Shown: piece by piece, positions 14,893 through 24,156 of the stretch | How the letters are laid out: every line of letters starts with the position of its first letter | Position numbering within the stretch: position 1 is the stretch's first letter | Source: a virus | Reading direction: 5' to 3' (one strand) | Virus record (IMG/VR): IMGVR_UViG_3300045988_120248 | Span: 1-64,000 of that record | DNA: 64,000 bases | Position numbers and translations under genes: made by a program | Notes under the pieces: model-generated | Database searches by the model: none | Told to the model about the DNA's origin: nothing | Seen by the model: the letters and a program-made list of their open reading frames with translations, nothing else

Positions 14893-15288
14893 ATGGACAT
14901 TCGGAAAATGCGGAAGGACGATTTCGAGAAGGTTCCGGAGCGAGAACGTTTTGACAGTGAAGTGCCTGCGTTTGATAGCCTGGTCATTATTCCGATGGAG
15001 GAAAGTTTGGGGCACGAGACGTGGGGCAGTATGGATTTCGTTGGATGCGTAGGGCCAGAGCCAGTCGTAAGGCTGTCCGGTGTATCGGAGACGTTGGACT
15101 TGGAAGGACATGGCGGGCATGGCGAATGGCTTGGGCCGTGCGATTATCGGAAGATGGCGTTGCCGGCGTGGTCGATAGATTGTCTGCCGTGCGGGTATCT
15201 GAGGATCTTCTGCAAGGGGCGAATCAAAGTGGGCGAGACGGGAACGTCGTTTGAGATCTTTTCACAGGAAAGGAAGCTGGGTAGATGA
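14893..15288 (+). CDS. hypothetical protein (131 aa)
   Basis: ORF 14803..15288, with the start moved to MDIRKMRK behind GAGGGGG. Confidence 0.55.
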   Translation: MDIRKMRKDDFEKVPERERFDSEVPAFDSLVIIPMEESLGHETWGSMDFVGCVGPEPVVRLSGVSETLDLEGHGGHGEWLGPCDYRKMALPAWSIDCLPCGYLRIFCKGRIKVGETGTSFEIFSQERKLGR

Positions 15289-15491
15289 AAATTCCGCTGG
15301 GAATCAGATATAAACTGCATAAGCTTGCGGACATGGCTGCGCGGGCGAATGAGTTGAGATGGGAGCTTGAAGATTGGTTTGAAGAGCGCGGGCTGGAGGC
15401 AACAGGGGAGATCGGAACTCTGATGTGCGGCGTCGATTGTACGGCCGAGATGATCGACAGGCTTGAGAAAGGAGCCAAGACAGATGGCTAA
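15285..15491 (+). CDS. hypothetical protein (68 aa)
   Basis: ORF track; overlaps the upstream stop. Confidence 0.55.
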   Translation: MKIPLGIRYKLHKLADMAARANELRWELEDWFEERGLEATGEIGTLMCGVDCTAEMIDRLEKGAKTDG

Positions 15492-15843
15492 GATCACCTT
15501 TGCGTGCGACTACTGCGGAACGGTTGTCACGAGGAAACGGGGTAAGAAAGCTGCGGCGCATAGTTTCTGCTCTTATACATGCGCGGCCAAATGGCGGATT
15601 GCGAATGGGCGCGTGCGTCAGAGCTACGACATGAACAATCGCGGAAAACTGCCTCATGACATGGTTGACATAAAAGTGACGGAAGTGATTGACCTGTTTC
15701 CGGTGTGCCGGCCGGTTGTTGGGAAGCAGTACCGGGCGGAGAGATACAAAGGGCAGGGCAATCCAGACAGGATTGGGTACGTAATCAACGTAAATGGAAA
15801 GCGCGTCAACGTCCGGATGGACGAATGCGAAGAGGTCGGATGA
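15484..15843 (+). CDS. zinc-ribbon protein (119 aa)
   Basis: MAKITFACDYCG..FCSYTC. Start behind AAAGGAG. Confidence 0.55.
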   Translation: MAKITFACDYCGTVVTRKRGKKAAAHSFCSYTCAAKWRIANGRVRQSYDMNNRGKLPHDMVDIKVTEVIDLFPVCRPVVGKQYRAERYKGQGNPDRIGYVINVNGKRVNVRMDECEEVG

Positions 15844-15865
15844 TTTAACAGGAGGGGATTCATAG

Positions 15866-16264
15866 TTGAGAAAAATTCTGTTTCGTGGAAAAGCCGTAGG
15901 AAGCGGCGAGTGGGTGTATGGCTATCTGATTGGCCGCGCGAATGACACGGGGTGCGCGTGTGAAGGGAAATTCTTCATCGATAATGGGGAACCGTTCAAT
16001 AAAGCTGTGGAGGTCATTCCAGAAACTGTAGGACAGTACATCGGGTTTGTTGACAGAAATGGCGAGAAAATCTTCGAGGGTGACATCTTGAGTGTCGATG
16101 GTGCTCCACATCGGTATCGGTACTCCGTTGAGTTTGACACGGCAGCGGCTTCATTCGCAGTCAGGAATTGCAAAGACAGGCGGTATGTCACATATCTTAC
16201 GGTGTATGACCAGAATGAGCTTCGTCGGTGTGGCACGATCTACGATCAGGAGGAATCTGTATGA
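15866..16264 (+). CDS. YopX-family phage protein
   Basis: ..TVGQYIGFVDRNGEKIFEGDIL.. is the YopX core. TTG start behind AGGAGGGG. Confidence 0.7.
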   Translation: MRKILFRGKAVGSGEWVYGYLIGRANDTGCACEGKFFIDNGEPFNKAVEVIPETVGQYIGFVDRNGEKIFEGDILSVDGAPHRYRYSVEFDTAAASFAVRNCKDRRYVTYLTVYDQNELRRCGTIYDQEESV

Positions 16265-16536
16265 AATTCAGTGAGAAGTTTTACGTAAGGACAGTCGCTC
16301 TGCTTGTGATATTGATTATAGCAATGCTAGTGGTCGAGGTCGCGTTTGCGGTGGCAGGTGAATGTGATAAGAACGCCACCAAAACAGAAACCGTAGCGGA
16401 GCGCAGTCAGCAACGATTTCAACGGGTCATCAAAGACGATAATTCCGCTCTTATCGTGTATGTCGATACCGAAACAAACGTGATGTATCTGATTCGGAGC
16501 ATTTACGGTGGCGCTTGCGTAATGGTCGACGCTTGA
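16261..16536 (+). CDS. membrane-anchored hypothetical protein (91 aa)
   Basis: N-terminal TM helix VALLVILIIAMLVVEVAFAV; ATGA coupling. Confidence 0.55.
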   Translation: MKFSEKFYVRTVALLVILIIAMLVVEVAFAVAGECDKNATKTETVAERSQQRFQRVIKDDNSALIVYVDTETNVMYLIRSIYGGACVMVDA

Positions 16537-16798
16537 GGTAAACCGCTGCTGCACGGACGGCACGCGGAATGCGTGCAGCATGCTATATGCAGCTGCGTGG
16601 AGAGCTACCCGTGCGATGGGCTATCACAAACTGATTACATATATCCTCGATACAGAGTCGGGGACAAGCCTCAAGGCGGCTGGATGGAAGTGCGTCGGAC
16701 AGGCCGGCGGGCTTCGCTGGACAGGCAAGCGCCGCCCAGAGGTCGACCTTTGCCCAGCACAAATGAAAATCCGCTTTGAGCGGGAGGAAGGAGAATAA
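16523..16798 (+). pseudogene. 5'-truncated XF1762-family gene (C-terminal half only)
   Basis: In-frame reading LEVNRCCTDGTRNACSMLYAAAWRATRAMGYHKLITYILDTESGTSLKAAGWKCVG.. matches, from memory, the second half of XF1762-family proteins. Homology starts abruptly at the stop of the upstream gene. Confidence 0.5.
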
Positions 16799-17223
16799 TG
16801 CCACCTAAAGAAAATCCTGAAAGAGCCTGTGAAGAGTGCATCCATTATTGGGCGTGCTCCAGACAATGCGGCGAGCCAATGGAGCAGAGTAGCGCCACTG
16901 GCTGTGAGTGCTACGAGACGGTTAAAAGCAGTATGGCGTATTATGTCGGGACACTGGATGGAGCCAAAGGAAAAATCCCAAATCGCCTCCGCGAGCTGGC
17001 CGAGGCCGACAGAAACCATCAAATTGTCATCCGACCGTGCAAAATCGGCGATACGGTGTGGGCTGCGGACACGGAGCCCGTAATTCCGCTACACGTCATG
17101 GCGGATGCAGTTTATCTGGAGGGAAGACGTGGCGGAGACTATGAGAGACTAAGCAACTTCGGGAGCGTTGTTTTTCTTAGTCAGGAGGAAGCAAAGGAGG
17201 CGGCGTCACATTGGATGAACTGA
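16798..17223 (+). CDS. hypothetical Cys-rich protein (141 aa)
   Basis: ORF track; RBS GGGAGGAAGGAG. Confidence 0.6.
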   Translation: MPPKENPERACEECIHYWACSRQCGEPMEQSSATGCECYETVKSSMAYYVGTLDGAKGKIPNRLRELAEADRNHQIVIRPCKIGDTVWAADTEPVIPLHVMADAVYLEGRRGGDYERLSNFGSVVFLSQEEAKEAASHWMN

Positions 17224-17453
17224 AACCGTGTCCGTTCTGCGGAGGCGAAGCAAAATTCTTTATCACAGGAATCCATAGGGCTGAAGATTTGATGGGATGG
17301 CGCTTCGGAATCTATTGCCAAAAGTGTAACATCAAGATTCCAAAGACAGATTACAAAGTAGAAGTTGAATTTACAGACTATGGAGCAGTGAAAACCGTGA
17401 CAGACGAACGGCCAGCGGCAATCGAAAAATGGAATTTGAGGACGCACCACTGA
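17211..17453 (+). CDS. Lar-family restriction alleviation protein
   Basis: N-terminus MDELKPCPFCGGEAKF.. and a C-terminal ..AIEKWN motif; TTG start. Confidence 0.65.
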   Translation: MDELKPCPFCGGEAKFFITGIHRAEDLMGWRFGIYCQKCNIKIPKTDYKVEVEFTDYGAVKTVTDERPAAIEKWNLRTHH

Positions 17454-17468
17454 TGAAGGAGAAATAGA

Positions 17469-17669
17469 ATGGGTCAGCACAAGCATAACCCGACAGCCAT
17501 TGCGGCCAAGAACGGGGAGCTTCCACCTAAGCAGCGTGAGAAGCAGTTGACTAAGCGGGAGGCAGAAGTGCTGCTGCGAAGAAAAATCCTCGATCTGGTG
17601 CCGGGGGCATTCGCGCTTCCGGAAGGGATGAAAAGCATAATTGCAAGCGGAGGAGGACTGAACATTTGA
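17469..17669 (+). CDS. hypothetical protein (66 aa)
   Basis: ORF track; RBS GAAGGAG. Confidence 0.5.
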   Translation: MGQHKHNPTAIAAKNGELPPKQREKQLTKREAEVLLRRKILDLVPGAFALPEGMKSIIASGGGLNI

Positions 17670-17959
17670 TGGACAAACTGAACAGCATCCTTGAGTGCAT
17701 CGACGGCGCACTGTGGTTTGCGCTGGCCTTGATCGTGGCAAATGAATTGAGGAAGTGGAACACGCGCTTTCAGAAAATGTACGACGATCTGAAGATGCAG
17801 ATCGATGACGCAGACACGGTGAAAGTGACAAGGTGCAAAAACTGTGCCAAACGTGGGACTGGGTATTGCCCGATGGAGACGGAATACCCGTGGATAGACA
17901 GTGACTCAGAAGGGTTCTGTCAGGAAGGCGTACCGAAGGAGGAAAAAACCGATGGCTAA
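17669..17959 (+). CDS. Zn-ribbon protein, 'VTRCKNC...GFC' family (96 aa)
   Basis: ..DTVKVTRCKNCAKRGTGYCP...SEGFCQEG. Confidence 0.55.
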   Translation: MDKLNSILECIDGALWFALALIVANELRKWNTRFQKMYDDLKMQIDDADTVKVTRCKNCAKRGTGYCPMETEYPWIDSDSEGFCQEGVPKEEKTDG

Positions 17960-18140
17960 GTATCGTGTGCATTTGGGCGCATTTGTTACGAAACTGATGA
18001 AACGTCAGATCGTCGTAAGCGCACCGGATGTAGAAACTGCGATCCAGAGGGCAAAAGAGAGGTTTCACTACTGCTGCCAGAACAATGCGGTTTATACAGA
18101 GTGTGATTCAATCGAGGTCGATTCGGTGGAGGAGTTTTGA
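17952..18140 (+). CDS. hypothetical protein (62 aa)
   Basis: Start MAKYRV behind GGAGGAAAAAA. Confidence 0.5.
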   Translation: MAKYRVHLGAFVTKLMKRQIVVSAPDVETAIQRAKERFHYCCQNNAVYTECDSIEVDSVEEF

Positions 18141-18141
18141 A

Positions 18142-18408
18142 GTGGTTTATTACATCAAAGATCAGGATCTGCTCGACCTTCTTGACGAGAACGGCAGATC
18201 GATACTGACTGCCGCAAAAATCAACAGACTTGAGAGCGTCTGCTTCCCGGCAGAACTGCACGTCGGAGATCGCGCGTGGAAGAAGGCCATGAGCATTCTC
18301 GATAAAAAATACGCAGAGGCAAAAAAACTGCCGTTTGTCCGTGAGCCGCTGGCATGGGCACTGTACCACACTTGGAAGGAGTTTGACGATGGGAAACGGT
18401 GTGACTGA
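18142..18408 (+). CDS. hypothetical protein (88 aa, GTG start)
   Basis: GTG 7 nt after GGAGGAG. The upstream part of the track ORF overlaps the previous gene. Confidence 0.45.
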   Translation: MVYYIKDQDLLDLLDENGRSILTAAKINRLESVCFPAELHVGDRAWKKAMSILDKKYAEAKKLPFVREPLAWALYHTWKEFDDGKRCD

Positions 18409-18694
18409 AGAATTTATCAGCCGCGCAGAGACGCTGGCAGATTTTGAAGCCTGCAACGCGGAAAATCCGCGCTGGACGCCGCAGCGGGTGAAAACGCTTC
18501 TGTTGCGCCAGCAAACAGCCGATGCAGTTCGGGTGGTGCATGGACGGTGGGTAAAAAACGATTTTTTATCTGATGATATAAATACCACAGCTGCATGCAG
18601 CCGGTGCGGCGAATTGATTGGGTGGTTTGGCGATGATCCTCTGCCGTATTGCCCATTCTGCAACGCACATATGGACGGAGGCGACGAGCAATGA
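18389..18694 (+). CDS. Zn-ribbon protein, 'HG.W.K...C..CG...C..C.A.MDGGD' family (101 aa)
   Basis: ..VVHGRWVKNDF..CSRCGE..YCPFCNAHMDGGDEQ. Confidence 0.55.
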   Translation: MGNGVTEEFISRAETLADFEACNAENPRWTPQRVKTLLLRQQTADAVRVVHGRWVKNDFLSDDINTTAACSRCGELIGWFGDDPLPYCPFCNAHMDGGDEQ

Positions 18695-18855
18695 TAGCTT
18701 GCCTCACTTACAACATCATCAATATTATGGCCTGGTGTTGGCTTGCCGACCGATTCGGGCATTGGTGGATTGCACTTTTTGCGATATTCACGATGATCCA
18801 TTACAGCCGCACCAAGAATTCAGAAAACGGAGGTGACGAGAGTGCGCCTAATTGA
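18691..18855 (+). CDS. small membrane protein (54 aa)
   Basis: MIACLTYNIINIMAWCWLADRFGHWWIALFAIFTMI..; ATGA coupling. Confidence 0.45.
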   Translation: MIACLTYNIINIMAWCWLADRFGHWWIALFAIFTMIHYSRTKNSENGGDESAPN

Positions 18856-19147
18856 CGCAGATAAGCTGGAAGTAATCAGCTACAAAGACACGGAAGGCCG
18901 GGAGGACACATTCGATGCAGGCGTCCAGTGGATGGCGGAGCTGATCGATAAGCAGCCAACGGTAGAGGCCACGCCCATTGTGCATGGGAAATGGATCAAA
19001 GACGAATGCCTCTCTACTGACTTTTCGCCTGTGTACGACTGTAGCGAGTGCGGTAAGCCAATCGAGCAGATGTACGTAACGCTTCCGCAGCGCTGCGAAC
19101 ACTGTGGGGCGCTGATGGATGGAGGTGATGACAATGCGGCTGATTGA
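18842..19147 (+). CDS. Zn-ribbon protein, same family as 18389..18694 (101 aa, GTG start)
   Basis: (M)RLIDADKLE... IVHGKWIKDE..CSECGK..CEHCGALMDGGDD. Confidence 0.55.
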   Translation: MRLIDADKLEVISYKDTEGREDTFDAGVQWMAELIDKQPTVEATPIVHGKWIKDECLSTDFSPVYDCSECGKPIEQMYVTLPQRCEHCGALMDGGDDNAAD

Positions 19148-19493
19148 CTCTGATGCGATTATCAAAGAACAGCGCGACATCATGGACAAACTGTACGGCT
19201 CGACATCACAAGAGTTGAAAAATCACATGAGTATCGACGATAGTTTGTCCATCTACATCGACGGCATGGAACATTTTGCCCGTGCAAAGAGATTTTATCA
19301 CGGGCTGCGGGGAATCTTGGAGAACGCTCCGACGGTGGATGCCGTTCCGGTAACGCGGTGCAAAGACTGCAAAGATTTCCGACGAAACAACGAAAATGAC
19401 CCGTACTGCACGAACAGGCACGGACTAGATGATCCAGTGCCAGACGGGTTCTGCAACTACGGAAAGCCGAAGGAGGCAAGCGATGAACGGTGA
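19134..19493 (+). CDS. Zn-ribbon protein, 'VTRCKDC...GFC' family (119 aa)
   Basis: MRLIDSDAI... VDAVPVTRCKDCKDF...DGFCNYGK. Confidence 0.55.
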   Translation: MRLIDSDAIIKEQRDIMDKLYGSTSQELKNHMSIDDSLSIYIDGMEHFARAKRFYHGLRGILENAPTVDAVPVTRCKDCKDFRRNNENDPYCTNRHGLDDPVPDGFCNYGKPKEASDER

Positions 19494-19737
19494 ATGGATC
19501 GTGGCAAATAAATGCCCGCACTGCGGCGGCAAACTGGTGGTTCGTGAGTTTTATTCTCGAACACGCGAATACCCGATTTCGAAAAACGGGAAAGTGTCGA
19601 AGCGGGGAAGATGGGCCACAGAAGACAGTCTTGGGCTTGTAACTGTTTTCTGCAATTCGTGCCGTGTTGGATGGGACGCTACGCACACTTGGGTAAATAC
19701 GGATGACATAGTAGAAATCAGAGGAAATGGAGACTGA
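19483..19737 (+). CDS. zinc-ribbon protein (84 aa)
   Basis: CPHCGG...CNSC; start behind GAAGGAGG. Confidence 0.55.
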   Translation: MNGEWIVANKCPHCGGKLVVREFYSRTREYPISKNGKVSKRGRWATEDSLGLVTVFCNSCRVGWDATHTWVNTDDIVEIRGNGD

Positions 19738-19740
19738 AAT

Positions 19741-20175
19741 ATGGGCGTAACGATTAAATGCAAGAAAACAGGTCGGGAAATCGACCTTGGGTGCGGCGGA
19801 TTCATGAATCTGCGGCGGAAGGTGGCTCAACTCATGGGAGAGCCGTTTTACAGTCACTACGAGAAGCTTTGTAACGCGCCGATCATCATGCAACCGGAAG
19901 TGGAAGAGAAGTTTTGGAAAGATTGGGCCACGGAAGCAGACAGGATACTTGCAGAAAACCACTTTCCCGTAAAAGTTGTGAAGTTCCTGCTTGCCCCTGA
20001 CAGCGAAGCTACGACGCGTTACGGAGCCTGCAAGGAAATCCTGAAGGTCATCGGGGACTACGACGATAACATCTGCTACGGCTATGCCGGCCGAAGCGAC
20101 TGCGCAATGTTCCGGGATTTCAAGGCGATACTGCAGGACTGCGGGGATAACAAATGCGATATGGTCTGGATGTAG
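19741..20175 (+). CDS. hypothetical protein (144 aa)
   Basis: ORF track; RBS present. Confidence 0.6.
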   Translation: MGVTIKCKKTGREIDLGCGGFMNLRRKVAQLMGEPFYSHYEKLCNAPIIMQPEVEEKFWKDWATEADRILAENHFPVKVVKFLLAPDSEATTRYGACKEILKVIGDYDDNICYGYAGRSDCAMFRDFKAILQDCGDNKCDMVWM

Positions 20176-20186
20176 GAGGACAGAAA

Positions 20187-20573
20187 ATGGATGCTGTTGC
20201 GTATTTCAAAGCATATGCGAGAATGTGCGATTCTTTTGATTCTAAGAACAACTTTACGGGAAAACCGTGTGTAGGCTGTCCACTTGACGATATTGGACGC
20301 GGATGCCATATGATCGATCTCGCCAACAACGCAGAGGAATGTGTTGCTGCGGTCGAGAAGTGGGCAAAAGAACACCCGGTCAAAACGAGGCAGAGCGAGT
20401 TTTTGAAGCAGTGGCCGGATGCTAGGCTTTATGAAGGCGTTCTTGGGATTTGCCCTGCCAAACTTAGCTCGTTGTATCGCGATGAGATTGGTCGGTGCAC
20501 AAAAAATGTTACGTTATGCCCTGATTGTCGTCGGGATTTTTGGCTGGCTGAAATCAAGGACGGTGAAGCATGA
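20187..20573 (+). CDS. hypothetical Cys-rich protein (128 aa)
   Basis: Start MDAVAYF behind AGGAGGA. Confidence 0.55.
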   Translation: MDAVAYFKAYARMCDSFDSKNNFTGKPCVGCPLDDIGRGCHMIDLANNAEECVAAVEKWAKEHPVKTRQSEFLKQWPDARLYEGVLGICPAKLSSLYRDEIGRCTKNVTLCPDCRRDFWLAEIKDGEA

Positions 20574-20830
20574 TGGACAAGCAGCTGATTTACAGGGAAG
20601 ACGCACTCGAAATCGTGCGTCGGACATCCGGAGACTATGCTGCGGCATTTGCTGAGATCAGCCGACTGCCGGCAGTGGACGCAGTACAGGTTACACGCTG
20701 CAAGAACTGTGATGGCCGCCGTGTAGAAGTTTCCAGCCGTGGAATATTTGTGGACTGTGGCTTTTGCTCTGCAAGCAATCTGGTTATGCCAAACGACGGG
20801 TTCTGCTCTCTTGGGAAAGGAAGAAAATAA
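20570..20830 (+). CDS. Zn-ribbon protein, 'VTRCKNC...GFC' family (86 aa)
   Basis: ..VDAVQVTRCKNCDG...DGFCSLGKG. Confidence 0.55.
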   Translation: MMDKQLIYREDALEIVRRTSGDYAAAFAEISRLPAVDAVQVTRCKNCDGRRVEVSSRGIFVDCGFCSASNLVMPNDGFCSLGKGRK

Positions 20831-21646
20831 ATGGCGCTCATAAACGTTGCTCTCTATGGAGAAGGAAAACGAAACAATCGGCTTCGGGCAGAATATATTG
20901 TCTGCGATCACGCGCAGGAATGCTCCGCATACCACGAGGGAAAATGCCTGAACGTTACCATACCGTTTAACCGCCGGTGCGAACTTGGCAAAGTTGAAAA
21001 AGTGGATGGAGGCACAAAACAGAGCAAACGCTATGACACCGTAACAGACGCGGCACGGCATTCTGAAAAATATCGCCTTCTTAGATACCCATCTTGCTGG
21101 TATGTAATCAGAATCGGTGAAATGGCATATTTGAACCTTCCGTATGTCGATCTCAAAGAGGAAGGTGTGCATCTGCGCGTGTCAACGGCGATATTCACGA
21201 ATCAACATTTGCTAGTGGACAGGCCAATGCTGACACCGGACAATTTGGACAACGTACTTGGCTATACACCACGAAATATGTGCGGAGATATTATCACGAG
21301 ATATGCGGATGAAACCGTACCGAATTTCCTGCGCCAATTCAAAAGACTGTTTCCAGTGGAATATGAATGCTTCGTGAAAGAGTACCCGAAGTATGCAGAG
21401 CTGTCCCCGACGTTTATCGGAAGATACGCAAAACTCGCAACGTGCAATCCAGACTGCGTGTATAAGGATTCAAGCGGGAACAAGTTCACGATGGAAGATG
21501 GGAAACGGATGGTCTGTAAAGAGTATAAATCTGGCTTTCTTCCATTTGGAGTGTCCAAGGCGGAAGTCATTATCACGCTGACGGACGATATGACAGTAAA
21601 AATCACGGACAACGCACAGGTCTTGGACGATACTGTGTTTGCATAG
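20831..21646 (+). CDS. hypothetical protein (271 aa)
   Basis: ORF track; directly upstream of the helicase-methyltransferase gene. Confidence 0.65.
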   Translation: MALINVALYGEGKRNNRLRAEYIVCDHAQECSAYHEGKCLNVTIPFNRRCELGKVEKVDGGTKQSKRYDTVTDAARHSEKYRLLRYPSCWYVIRIGEMAYLNLPYVDLKEEGVHLRVSTAIFTNQHLLVDRPMLTPDNLDNVLGYTPRNMCGDIITRYADETVPNFLRQFKRLFPVEYECFVKEYPKYAELSPTFIGRYAKLATCNPDCVYKDSSGNKFTMEDGKRMVCKEYKSGFLPFGVSKAEVIITLTDDMTVKITDNAQVLDDTVFA

Positions 21647-21654
21647 GAGAACAC

Positions 21655-24156
21655 ATGAACAAAAGCTATTTGGAATTTCTGAAATCGAAAATCGAGACGG
21701 CTCCGGTCAGCGGCTTTTCCGTTCCGGAGGAAGATATCAATCTGGCGCTGAAGCCGCATCAGAGGGACGCGGTACGGTGGGCGCTGCGCGGCGGCCGGCG
21801 GGCGCTCTTTGAGAGCTTTGGCTTGGGCAAGACTGCACAGGAATTGGAGTTCTGCCATCACGCGGCAAAACGCGAAGGAAAGCCGGCGTTAATCGTGCTG
21901 CCGCTCGGTGTCCGTCAGGAGTTCAAACGCGATGCAGTTCAAATTCTTGGATATGACGAGCCGTTTTACGTCCGGACGATGCAGGAGGTACGCGAGAACG
22001 CTGGAGCGGAGATCATGCTTACCAACTATGAGCGCGTCCGGGATGGAGACATCGACCCGACGTATTTTGCGGCAACTAGCCTCGACGAAGCATCGGTACT
22101 TCGCTCATTCGGAAGCAAGACCTATCAGACGTTCCTTCAGAAGTTCAAGGGTGTCAAATATAAGATGGTCGCAACGGCCACGCCGGCACCGAACAGATAT
22201 AAGGAAATCATTCATTACGCTGGATATCTTGAAGTCATGGACACTGGGCAGGCGCTTACGCGTTTTTTCAAGCGCGACAGCACCAAAGCCAATAACCTGA
22301 CCCTTTACCCGCACCGGGAAGAAGAATTCTGGCTATGGGTCAGTTCATGGGCGCTGTTCCTTGGAAAACCGTCAGACCTCGGATATTCTGACGAGGGATA
22401 TGAACTTCCTGGACTCGAAGTCAGAACGCATGTTGTTCACGACGAATTCGGAAAGATCACAGATCGGGATGGTCAAGTGAAGATGCTGAATGATTCTGCC
22501 ACGAACATTCAAGAGGCATCACGCGAAAAACGTGAGACGATAGCTGCCCGCGTCCGTTTGGTAAAAGAGATTGTCGATAGTGACCCAAGCGCAAGCTTTA
22601 TCCTCTGGCACGATCTTGAAGCGGAGCGGCACGAAATTCACAGAGTTATGCCAGAGGCCGTAGAGATTTACGGAACGATGGACTATGACGAGCGTGAACG
22701 CCGTGTGATTGACTTCTCGGACGGCAAAATCCGGCTCTTTGCGACGAAGAAGGAACTGTCTGGGCAGGGATGCAATTTCCAGAGGCACTGCCACCGAATG
22801 ATTTTCGTTGGGATCGACTATGAGTTCAACGACTTCATTCAGGCCATTCACCGTTGCTACCGCTTTTTACAGACGGAGAAGGTCATTGTGGACATCATCT
22901 ATACGGAGGCAGAGATCCCGATTTGGGACGTTTTGCAGAAAAAATGGAAGCAGCATGACTATATGCAGGAGCAGATGCGGGAAATCGTAAAAAAATACGG
23001 CCTTTCCGGCGACCGCATGAAGCAGGAAATGGCCAGAAGCATAGGAGTTGAGAGAGTGGAAATCAAAGGCGAAAACTGGATTGCAGTCAACAACGACTGC
23101 TGCGAGGAAACAGCAAAGATGTCGGAGAACAGCGTCGATCTGATTGTCACATCGATTCCGTTTTCAAATCACTATGAGTACACACCAAGCTATAACGACT
23201 TCGGGCACAACGAAGATACAGAGAAATTCTTCGAACAAATGGACTATCTGACGCCGAACCTTCTAAGAATTCTGAAACCCGGACGTGTATTCTGCTGCCA
23301 TGTGAAAGACCGTGTTCTTTTCGGCAATGCGACAGGGGCTGGTATGCCGACGATGGAACCATTTCATGCTATGTGCATTAAGCACTATATGGAGCATGGA
23401 TTTGCATATTTCGGCATGATTACGGTCGTTACAGATGTTGTGCGCGAGAACAATCAGACATATCGGCTTGGCTGGTCTGAACAGTGCAAGGACGGGACAA
23501 AAATGGGCGTCGGCTGCCCAGAATACATTTTGCTCTTCCGAAAGCTCCCGACAGACCGGTCAAAGGCGTATGCTGACGAGCGTGTATCAAAGACAAAAGA
23601 AGAGTATACACGCGCACAATGGCAGATCGACGCACATGGGTTTTGGCGCAGCTCTGGAAATCGGCTGATTACAAAGGATGAACTGCTTCACGCTGACACC
23701 GGAAAACTTCAGGCACTTTATCGAAAATATAGCCGAGACTCTGTTTACAGCTACGACGAACACGTGAAACTGGCGAAAGAACTGGACAAAGATGGCCACC
23801 TGCCGGCTACGTTTATGGTTGTCGCTCCTGGGAGCTGGACAGACCAGATTTGGGACGATATTAACCGAATGCGAACGCTCAATACAACGCAGAGTCAGCG
23901 CAGAAAAGAGAACCATGTTTGCCCCCTTCAGCTGGATATCGTTGACAGGCTTATCAATCGGTATAGCAATCCGGGGGATCTGGTGCTTGACCCGTTTGGT
24001 GGACTTGGAACGGTTGCACTGGAGGCCATAAAAGCTGGTAGGCGCGGCTATACTATTGAACTCAACAACGATTACTACCGGGACTCGGTTGGGTATCTGA
24101 AGGAATTTGACGATTCACAACAGAATGACAATTTGAGCCTGTTCGATGTAATCTGA
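21655..24156 (+). CDS. SF2/SNF2-like helicase fused to a beta-class N6A/N4C DNA methyltransferase (833 aa)
   Basis: Helicase motifs: FGLGKT (I), SLDEAS (II), ATATP (III), QAIHRCYR (VI). Methyltransferase motifs: IVTSIPF (motif IV, (D/S)PP(Y/F)-like), then VLDPFGGLGT (motif I). Confidence 0.8.
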   Translation: MNKSYLEFLKSKIETAPVSGFSVPEEDINLALKPHQRDAVRWALRGGRRALFESFGLGKTAQELEFCHHAAKREGKPALIVLPLGVRQEFKRDAVQILGYDEPFYVRTMQEVRENAGAEIMLTNYERVRDGDIDPTYFAATSLDEASVLRSFGSKTYQTFLQKFKGVKYKMVATATPAPNRYKEIIHYAGYLEVMDTGQALTRFFKRDSTKANNLTLYPHREEEFWLWVSSWALFLGKPSDLGYSDEGYELPGLEVRTHVVHDEFGKITDRDGQVKMLNDSATNIQEASREKRETIAARVRLVKEIVDSDPSASFILWHDLEAERHEIHRVMPEAVEIYGTMDYDERERRVIDFSDGKIRLFATKKELSGQGCNFQRHCHRMIFVGIDYEFNDFIQAIHRCYRFLQTEKVIVDIIYTEAEIPIWDVLQKKWKQHDYMQEQMREIVKKYGLSGDRMKQEMARSIGVERVEIKGENWIAVNNDCCEETAKMSENSVDLIVTSIPFSNHYEYTPSYNDFGHNEDTEKFFEQMDYLTPNLLRILKPGRVFCCHVKDRVLFGNATGAGMPTMEPFHAMCIKHYMEHGFAYFGMITVVTDVVRENNQTYRLGWSEQCKDGTKMGVGCPEYILLFRKLPTDRSKAYADERVSKTKEEYTRAQWQIDAHGFWRSSGNRLITKDELLHADTGKLQALYRKYSRDSVYSYDEHVKLAKELDKDGHLPATFMVVAPGSWTDQIWDDINRMRTLNTTQSQRRKENHVCPLQLDIVDRLINRYSNPGDLVLDPFGGLGTVALEAIKAGRRGYTIELNNDYYRDSVGYLKEFDDSQQNDNLSLFDVI

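Noticed and set aside
17181-21172. Long minus-strand ORFs 17181..18068, 17986..18801, 19180..19962 and 20429..21172
   Set aside because: All run antisense to a tightly coupled series of plus-strand genes with good RBSs. Their compositions are S/R/C-rich, and they lack RBSs.
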